A stretch of 64,000 nt of DNA from Schizochytrium sp. TIO01 (taxonomy: Eukaryota > Protista > Bigyra: Labyrinthulomycetes), in assembly GCA_004764695.1 (NCBI GenBank), contig SMSO01000034.1, forward strand, positions 744,001 through 808,000, given 5' to 3'. Of this stretch, positions 57,883-64,000 are shown in pieces. The stretch's first letter is position 1; each line of letters starts with the position of its first letter. The notes below the pieces were generated by a model, which ran no database searches, had not been told where the DNA came from, and saw only the letters and a program-made list of their open reading frames with translations. The translations under genes were made by a program, and so were the position numbers.

Positions 57883-58527
57883 ATGGGCCTCGCATCGCCA
57901 TCAGGACCTCTGCTTAAGGTCTTTGCAGGCCCAATGTTTTCTGGCAAAACCACAAGGCTTTTAAAGACCATGCAGATTCTCGAACCTCAGTATCCTACGC
58001 GAGTTCTAGCAAAGTGGAGTCAAGACTTGCGGGCAGGTTCACAAAATATTGTGTCTACACATTCTGGACTCTCTCGTACAGCTAACGTTCACGCCTTCAC
58101 GTCCCTTGATGACGTAAAGCTAGATTCTTCCAATACTCTTATTGCTGTTGATGAAGGCCAATTCTTCGGAGAAGATCTCCTTCGCCTTTGGAATCGAATT
58201 TCACAGCAACCAGAAAGTTGCAATGCGCTTCTTGTTGCTGGATTGGATCTAGACTTTTTGAAAAAGCCCTTCGGCGTCATGCCCTTATTGATAGATCTTG
58301 CAGGGCCCGGAAATGTTGAAATTCTCACAGCTCGTTGTCACGTATGCCAAGCCCCTGCTCCTTTTACATCACGCATCATCCAGAGTGACCATCAGATTCT
58401 AGTAGGCGGGGCGGAGTCTTATCAGCCAACTTGCGCAGAACACTACAGCTGCGCAAGTCCTCTTCCTTCGCAATTCGATAGTGAGGAAATGGTCGATAGA
58501 GAGCTCCGGGTGTCACAGCGGAACTAG
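57883..58527 (+). CDS. TK1: Thymidine kinase (TK1 family)
   Basis: GPMFSGKT P-loop, DEGQFF, AGLDLDF..PFG, Zn site CHVC...CAEH and lasso ILVGGAESYQPTC. First ATG at 57883. Confidence 0.95.
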   Translation: MGLASPSGPLLKVFAGPMFSGKTTRLLKTMQILEPQYPTRVLAKWSQDLRAGSQNIVSTHSGLSRTANVHAFTSLDDVKLDSSNTLIAVDEGQFFGEDLLRLWNRISQQPESCNALLVAGLDLDFLKKPFGVMPLLIDLAGPGNVEILTARCHVCQAPAPFTSRIIQSDHQILVGGAESYQPTCAEHYSCASPLPSQFDSEEMVDRELRVSQRN

Positions 58528-59132
58528 TCATTCATCTGCTCACGGACACCACCTTCCCCCCCCAAAAAAAATCGATTGTGAAGTTGCCGTTATTTCGATT
58601 CGAAGAAATGCAGGAGGCCCATCTCAATATTATTGAATGGAGAGCAAGCAATCAAGTCTGATAAGACATTGGCCTTGATTTTGTATAAAACTGCAATTCC
58701 TTGTTGAGGATGCTTCAGCCGCATACTTTTCGATCTTCTTGTAGATACCTTATCTCAATAAGGAAGGTTTCTCATGAACACTTACTCACAAGCTGGCTAA
58801 GTGACAATTTATATTCTCTTATAAAACTACCAATGCTGCACTTGATGCTGCACTTGAGCTTGATTGGATCATTGCGAGCGTGCAAGCAGGCTTGATCAAT
58901 CTGTATGGAAGAAATATGTAGTACTTCTCGCTGAGTAAGTACGCTCTTCATGGTCGCAAAACTTCGTTACTTTCTGATATTTAACATTTATTAGACACTT
59001 TAAGTGTTTTAATTAGATGTGTAGATATGAATAATTATTCCTTTTCGTAGCAATTATTTTTTGTTGTCAGTGAGATAAGTGACAATCAACAAAAAGTTTA
59101 ACAACAAAAACTTGCAAATTTATTGATTGATC

Positions 59133-62100
59133 TTACATGAAACCAGAATGCTCAAGGGTCACGACGAGATCCTCACATAGACGGTGTTTCAATTTGGCTG
59201 AAATTTTTTCAAGCCGGTCCTTGGATCGTGCGCGTCGCATTCCTATTCTTATAGTACACGCAAGTGCCTCGTCGTAATTAAGGCGGACACACGTAGTGGG
59301 TGAAAGCACAGATGAGGTACCCAAGCTGCTACCGCGGGTTTTAGGGATCAAAACACTCCCGCGGGGTTCTCGTGACTCAGTGCTACCAGCATCTGAAGTC
59401 GCCGTTGTACGTGTTCCATTACCAGTTGAGTAGAAGCTTCGATTATTGTTGCTGTTGCTGGAAATGCCATTTGTGTATGCCGTGAATACAGTCGCCATGG
59501 TTGTAAGTCCTGAAACGGATCCTTCCTCTGAGGATGCTAGATCGTTCCAAGAGCCTGCCGAGCTTGCCGCAGTGGCACGACCAACATTAGCATGTACACC
59601 ATCTACTGTACAGATTGGAAACATGCCATCAACCTCAAAACCGAATTGCTGACCACGAAGGAAGTCATCAATGGTATTTTGTAGGGAGACACAGCGTGAG
59701 AAATTTATCATTCGAGGCTGATCTACAGAAACATATGGGATGTTGTGTTCCAGAGGATAAAGTAACTTCGTGGTAAGACCAAGGAAGGGGATGTGGCTTT
59801 TGTGGGCAGCCTTACTCAAGTCAGCGCGGTATACCAAATAGTCACCTTTACTGCGCACTGCACGCTTTAAATTTTCGAGGTGCTGCTTCTCCTTGCTGCT
59901 TAAAAAGTCCCATAACCACTGGAGCATGGGCTGCGACAGCCCTGCAACTAGGCCAAAGAAAGCATGAAAGTTATTTAACTTCCGACATTCAGTAGCGACA
60001 TCAACAAAGAAGAGTAAGCGGTTGACCCTTTCGACTACAACAATATGCCTATTAAGAATATAGGTCAAGGCCCACCAAGCATATGTATCAAAGAGCTCGA
60101 TGAGACGTTGTACAGCAATAGATTTATCCCGTGCATCTTTTGTCACAAGGTCGCGAGGTTCCACGAGCCTGTATGCCTCATCATAGAGTTGCCAGGTTAG
60201 AAATTGTGCAACGGCACTAGGTGAATAGCCTTCCAATTCAGCATCGCCTCCATGGCCACGGCTAGCAGCAGGGGAATTCATGCTTAGACCTTCTTCTGAA
60301 GACACGGATTCTCCATTTCGGCGTTTTTTCCAACCATGGCTCAGGCTACGCGCTCGGGCGTTGATCTTAAAGGTGGGTGATCGTCCACTATGGTTTCCGC
60401 CCACGAAATCTAGAGCAAATGATTTTTTGTGGGACTTGCGATGCGAGGACGAGGACGAGGAGGCCGAGCTCGGAGGTGCGGATGGCGGCGCTGCAGGTGG
60501 AGGGAGGGGGGTGCTCATGTACAAGATTGACGCCGATGAAGACGTCCGGCCTGTAGATGACATGTGCAGAGAGTTTGGCGTTGCCGAGGCACGGAACAAC
60601 GGGGAGCCAGAGGACTGGGGTGTGAGAGGCGGAGATGCAATTGGGATGCGAGGTGACTGCTCAGGTGATGCTGTGGCAGATGATAAAGAAGGAGCTCGGT
60701 AAGGTGCCACATTTGTTTCAACGCGTAAACCTGCGAATGAGGAGGTCGCGCCTTGAATCGGGTCCTCACATTCGGTATTACTCTGGCCTTGCTGTTGTTG
60801 GTTGTGACAGTCCACATGACTAGCTTGAGGAAGCGACAATGATTCATCGCCTGATATACTCGAAGAAGCTGTGCGCGCTATAAAGCGCGTTGCTTCTGAA
60901 GTGCAAGACACAGTTTCTGACAAGGATTTGCGAATAGTACAATTACTGTTGATAGAGGGCGGGGCGGCAGGAGTAGATAATGCGAGTCCGCTGTGTTCAG
61001 AGAGTTTGCGACGCTCATCGTGGTGCAGAATCATATCTTCAGTTGCGGTTGCTGCTACGGGTTGATTATGTTCATCGTTTGGGCCACCCCACTCGTCCAT
61101 CGCAGCCATTAATTCTGTGGCACTTTGGGCCTCATTCTCGGAGAGGATCTCGTTGTTGCCTTCTTGGCGCATCCATGCACACAAGAACGCATGCGCGTTA
61201 CGCTGTAAAGTGGCCTTATCTGCATCAAGGCCAAGTTCTTTGAAGATTCGGCGCAGGGATTCTGATTCTTTGTTTTTACTTTCAGAGTCTTGTGATATTG
61301 ATAAAGCTGCGGTCTTTACAGGCGTCTTTGCGTGTTGATGACTCTGGTTATTATCAGTTTGCAAATAACTGCCGTTGTTATTCTCATCCTCTACCTGGGT
61401 CTTTGGACGAAGTATTTTTGAAGTGTTACTGGGATCAGCAGATAGTTGAGAACTGGATTTTAATGAAGGGATAGGTGCATCAGGACATGTTTGAAGAGCT
61501 ATGGTACTGACATCCTTCGCACTATTCCCAATCTCGTACAGGTGGTTTTCGGAAGCGGTTGATGATGTAACCTCAATGAGAGGAGGTATCGGCGACGAAG
61601 GTGATGCGTCGGGATCAGATGTACTTGGATCCTCATTGAGTTTCATCTCCTCGTCATGGTCCCCATGACCCTCATGAGCATCAACACAGTTGATGTTATT
61701 GTTGTTGTTAATGGTGTTGTCATCGTTGTTCTCAGTCGTGACCTTGCTTGCAACATTAGACTTTGTTGTTTCGGTTTTGCGGAGTTGTTCTTGTGGCAAC
61801 ACTGCAACGTCCTTTTCTTTGCGGGATATTATAACCATGATACCATCATCAGATGGGTGCATGAGGTGCAGTGAACGGCCCGTGAAATCTTCATCGCATG
61901 GGTCATTACCCAGTATAAAGATTTGCAAGAGACCCAGGACCTCACTAGGTGTAGTATATTGCCAATAGGTGTTGAGGAAAGCATCCCAGAATCCATACCC
62001 ACGTGAGCCAATAACAAACTTGATCAGAAAGGGAAGGCTGCCGTAGAGAATCTGCATACCTGGTTCTCCGTCCTTGCGGTCAGCCTTCATATTTCTCCAG

Positions 62101-63236
62101 GTTTGCGAGAGGCCTACGAGGGAGCTTCGATTTGAGGGTGGAATAGGATCCACGATAAGCTCGAAGTCTTCATCTGAAGCGAGCCGCTGGGCGAGTAGGC
62201 TGCTTGTGCCACCTGTACTAGTGTTGTTGATATAGAAGCTGTCATTTTGTTGCACCCGAAGATCTGCGGCATCTCCGAAGCTGCTGCCGATGCTGCTTCG
62301 TCTACACGTCATGCTGGCAGATGCAAGTGATCCACAATTTGATGGTGGGCTAGGCCCTGAATTCAAAGATGACCCATCAGAGTTCATGGCTCCAGGGGCT
62401 GCCATTGTGGATACTGTGGCAGCAGATGAAGTTGTTGAGGCGGAGGCAGCGGAGTTGTTTGCATGAGTTGCATGCTTTGTCTCATACGCATGGGATCCTT
62501 TGACAGAGCAATCTTCATCCGTGGTGTCTGATGGATCTGAAAGTGACCCTGCAGGCCTTGCGCGGCTTACATCATTCAGCGTGCTCGGAACTGAGCTAGC
62601 ACCAGAGGCCAATGACCTTTCGCTCCCATTAGTCATTGGTTCTCCTCCATGCATTTGATGGTATTGTTGTTGCTGGTGCTGGTGCGGGGTTGATAATCCG
62701 CCACTTGATGGCAACGATGATGAGCTCCACCCGAACCATCCTCCATTTTTGCCCAGCGCCCTTTTGAAAATATCTCTTTTGCGCCTGCGCGTATGCTGTT
62801 GTTGTTGTGGATTATGGTATTGTTGTTGCTGGTATTGCGACATTTCCGATTGCGATTTGTACGTAGACGTAGTCGAAAGTATAGATGAAGAAGATGATGT
62901 CTGCCGGCCTTCTACTTGAAGGGGCCTTCGCATTCGAGAAGCACCTTCGCTGTCGTCTTTTTGGGACTGGCAGCTCTTGTCGCTGTCGTGATAGTTTGCA
63001 CTGCCAGGGTTACCTTTGCTGCTCTTGTTGCTCTTGTTGCTCTTGCTACTGCCGCTGCCGAGGGCGCTGCCGTCTCCCGGTGGGTCCTGGTACCGCTGGC
63101 GAGCGCGCTGCTCGTTCTGTTGCTGGAGGAGCTGGAGACTGGCGCGCCTCCCAAGCAGCGCCACGGTTACCAGCGCCTCCGTGGCGGGCCCTGGCGAGTC
63201 CGAGCTCGCGGTGGACCCGCTCCCGCGCATCGGCAT
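59133..63236 (-). CDS. RasGEF (CDC25-type) protein with split REM domain and long low-complexity regions
   Basis: REM-like GSLPFLIKF...DAFLNTYWQYTTPSEVL. CDC25 domain VAQFLT...FVDVATECRKLNNFHAFFGLVAGL...YLVYR...IPFLG...INFSR. Confidence 0.9.
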   Translation of the reverse strand: MPMRGSGSTASSDSPGPATEALVTVALLGRRASLQLLQQQNEQRARQRYQDPPGDGSALGSGSSKSNKSNKSSKGNPGSANYHDSDKSCQSQKDDSEGASRMRRPLQVEGRQTSSSSSILSTTSTYKSQSEMSQYQQQQYHNPQQQQHTRRRKRDIFKRALGKNGGWFGWSSSSLPSSGGLSTPHQHQQQQYHQMHGGEPMTNGSERSLASGASSVPSTLNDVSRARPAGSLSDPSDTTDEDCSVKGSHAYETKHATHANNSAASASTTSSAATVSTMAAPGAMNSDGSSLNSGPSPPSNCGSLASASMTCRRSSIGSSFGDAADLRVQQNDSFYINNTSTGGTSSLLAQRLASDEDFELIVDPIPPSNRSSLVGLSQTWRNMKADRKDGEPGMQILYGSLPFLIKFVIGSRGYGFWDAFLNTYWQYTTPSEVLGLLQIFILGNDPCDEDFTGRSLHLMHPSDDGIMVIISRKEKDVAVLPQEQLRKTETTKSNVASKVTTENNDDNTINNNNNINCVDAHEGHGDHDEEMKLNEDPSTSDPDASPSSPIPPLIEVTSSTASENHLYEIGNSAKDVSTIALQTCPDAPIPSLKSSSQLSADPSNTSKILRPKTQVEDENNNGSYLQTDNNQSHQHAKTPVKTAALSISQDSESKNKESESLRRIFKELGLDADKATLQRNAHAFLCAWMRQEGNNEILSENEAQSATELMAAMDEWGGPNDEHNQPVAATATEDMILHHDERRKLSEHSGLALSTPAAPPSINSNCTIRKSLSETVSCTSEATRFIARTASSSISGDESLSLPQASHVDCHNQQQQGQSNTECEDPIQGATSSFAGLRVETNVAPYRAPSLSSATASPEQSPRIPIASPPLTPQSSGSPLFRASATPNSLHMSSTGRTSSSASILYMSTPLPPPAAPPSAPPSSASSSSSSHRKSHKKSFALDFVGGNHSGRSPTFKINARARSLSHGWKKRRNGESVSSEEGLSMNSPAASRGHGGDAELEGYSPSAVAQFLTWQLYDEAYRLVEPRDLVTKDARDKSIAVQRLIELFDTYAWWALTYILNRHIVVVERVNRLLFFVDVATECRKLNNFHAFFGLVAGLSQPMLQWLWDFLSSKEKQHLENLKRAVRSKGDYLVYRADLSKAAHKSHIPFLGLTTKLLYPLEHNIPYVSVDQPRMINFSRCVSLQNTIDDFLRGQQFGFEVDGMFPICTVDGVHANVGRATAASSAGSWNDLASSEEGSVSGLTTMATVFTAYTNGISSNSNNNRSFYSTGNGTRTTATSDAGSTESREPRGSVLIPKTRGSSLGTSSVLSPTTCVRLNYDEALACTIRIGMRRARSKDRLEKISAKLKHRLCEDLVVTLEHSGFM

Positions 63237-63572
63237 TGAATGTATTGTAGATGCAGAAGAAGAAGAAAATGAAGAAGAAGGAGGAGGAGCAGAATATAAT
63301 TATGAGCCTAGCTAGGTCACGGTAGGTACTAGTACTTAAGTATGTATATATATTATGAATATACATACCTATATATACTTTTGATTTTTATTGATTTAAA
63401 AAAAACATTTTAACCTGAAAATAAACACGTAGATAGTATTAATTTTTGTTATTTTTGTAGAAATTAAAAACAGAATCATTCTCGTGAATCAAATTCTAAT
63501 ATGGAAGCGCACAGGTACCCATTGGTAGTAGAAGGCAGCAGCGCTACCTGCTCCGAGTCTGCATCGATGAGT

Positions 63573-63641
63573 GATTGTTTTGGCTTGAGTCTTTACCAAA
63601 TCAAAAAGATTTTAACTCAATACCTCCGACTAGCGAAAGTG
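63573..63641 (+). repeat. Copy of dispersed ~70-bp repeat
   Basis: GATTGTTTTGGCTTGAGTCTTTACCAAATC...AATACCTCCGACTAGCGAAAGTG. The first 22 nt are identical to the inverted copy ending at 22923. Confidence 0.7.
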
Positions 63642-64000
63642 CTACTGCCTCCACCTTTATGGAGTGAAAAAAAGAAACAGGCCAAAGTGTAAAATAGTGG
63701 GTAGTAATAGTTAATATTAGTTATGTACCTAAGGGAGGCATTCTCTATAGATGTTTTGATTTTTACTGAAGTAAGGAACTACGTACATATACCTTATTGC
63801 CAATTAGAAAAACAAGTAAGTTCCATGGGTAACAAGAAAGGCAGAAAGAAGACGGAGAGAAGAGGAATGATTTTCAAAAGCTCTTTCTGCCTGTTTGCTA
63901 CTACCATTCTCCTATCTGAGATGCCTAGGTTGCCCATTCTCTGTAAGAGTATGGTTTGTGTCGTATTCTTGTGATCAAAAACTTGTTGCACGCAGAGAAA

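Overview
Eukaryotic nuclear DNA, not prokaryotic. Genes are monocistronic with mostly intronless CDSs, one clear GT-AG coding intron, several probable 5'-UTR introns, microsatellites and AT-rich spacers of 1-8 kb. The gene content and style suggest a stramenopile, probably a thraustochytrid/labyrinthulomycete (inference only). Fourteen protein-coding genes are supported: a 5'-truncated tandem DSBA/HCCA-isomerase protein, a tetraspanin-topology membrane protein, a bromodomain protein, a 3003-aa tail-anchored coiled-coil protein, a DDX3/Ded1 helicase, an NME8-type thioredoxin, a CH-domain protein with Sfi1-like repeats, a split-domain CAMK-group kinase with a CIPK/KA1-like tail, a lipidated PP2C (2 exons), a KCTD-type BTB protein, homogentisate 1,2-dioxygenase, a PLEKHD1-like PH/coiled-coil protein, thymidine kinase and a RasGEF. 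The best candidate for an undescribed system is the giant coiled-coil protein. Its C-terminal TM carries a giantin/CASP-like R-T-x-x-W-x-Y...H signature and is followed by an 18-aa tail ending VPT, as in plant KASH proteins. It also has repeated W-acidic and LF-acidic motifs. Other points of interest are a dispersed ~70-bp intergenic repeat family (at least 6 copies), a bacterial-type double DSBA protein, and degenerate functional residues in the bromodomain and the RasGEF. No rRNA, tRNA, CRISPR array or intact transposon was recognised.
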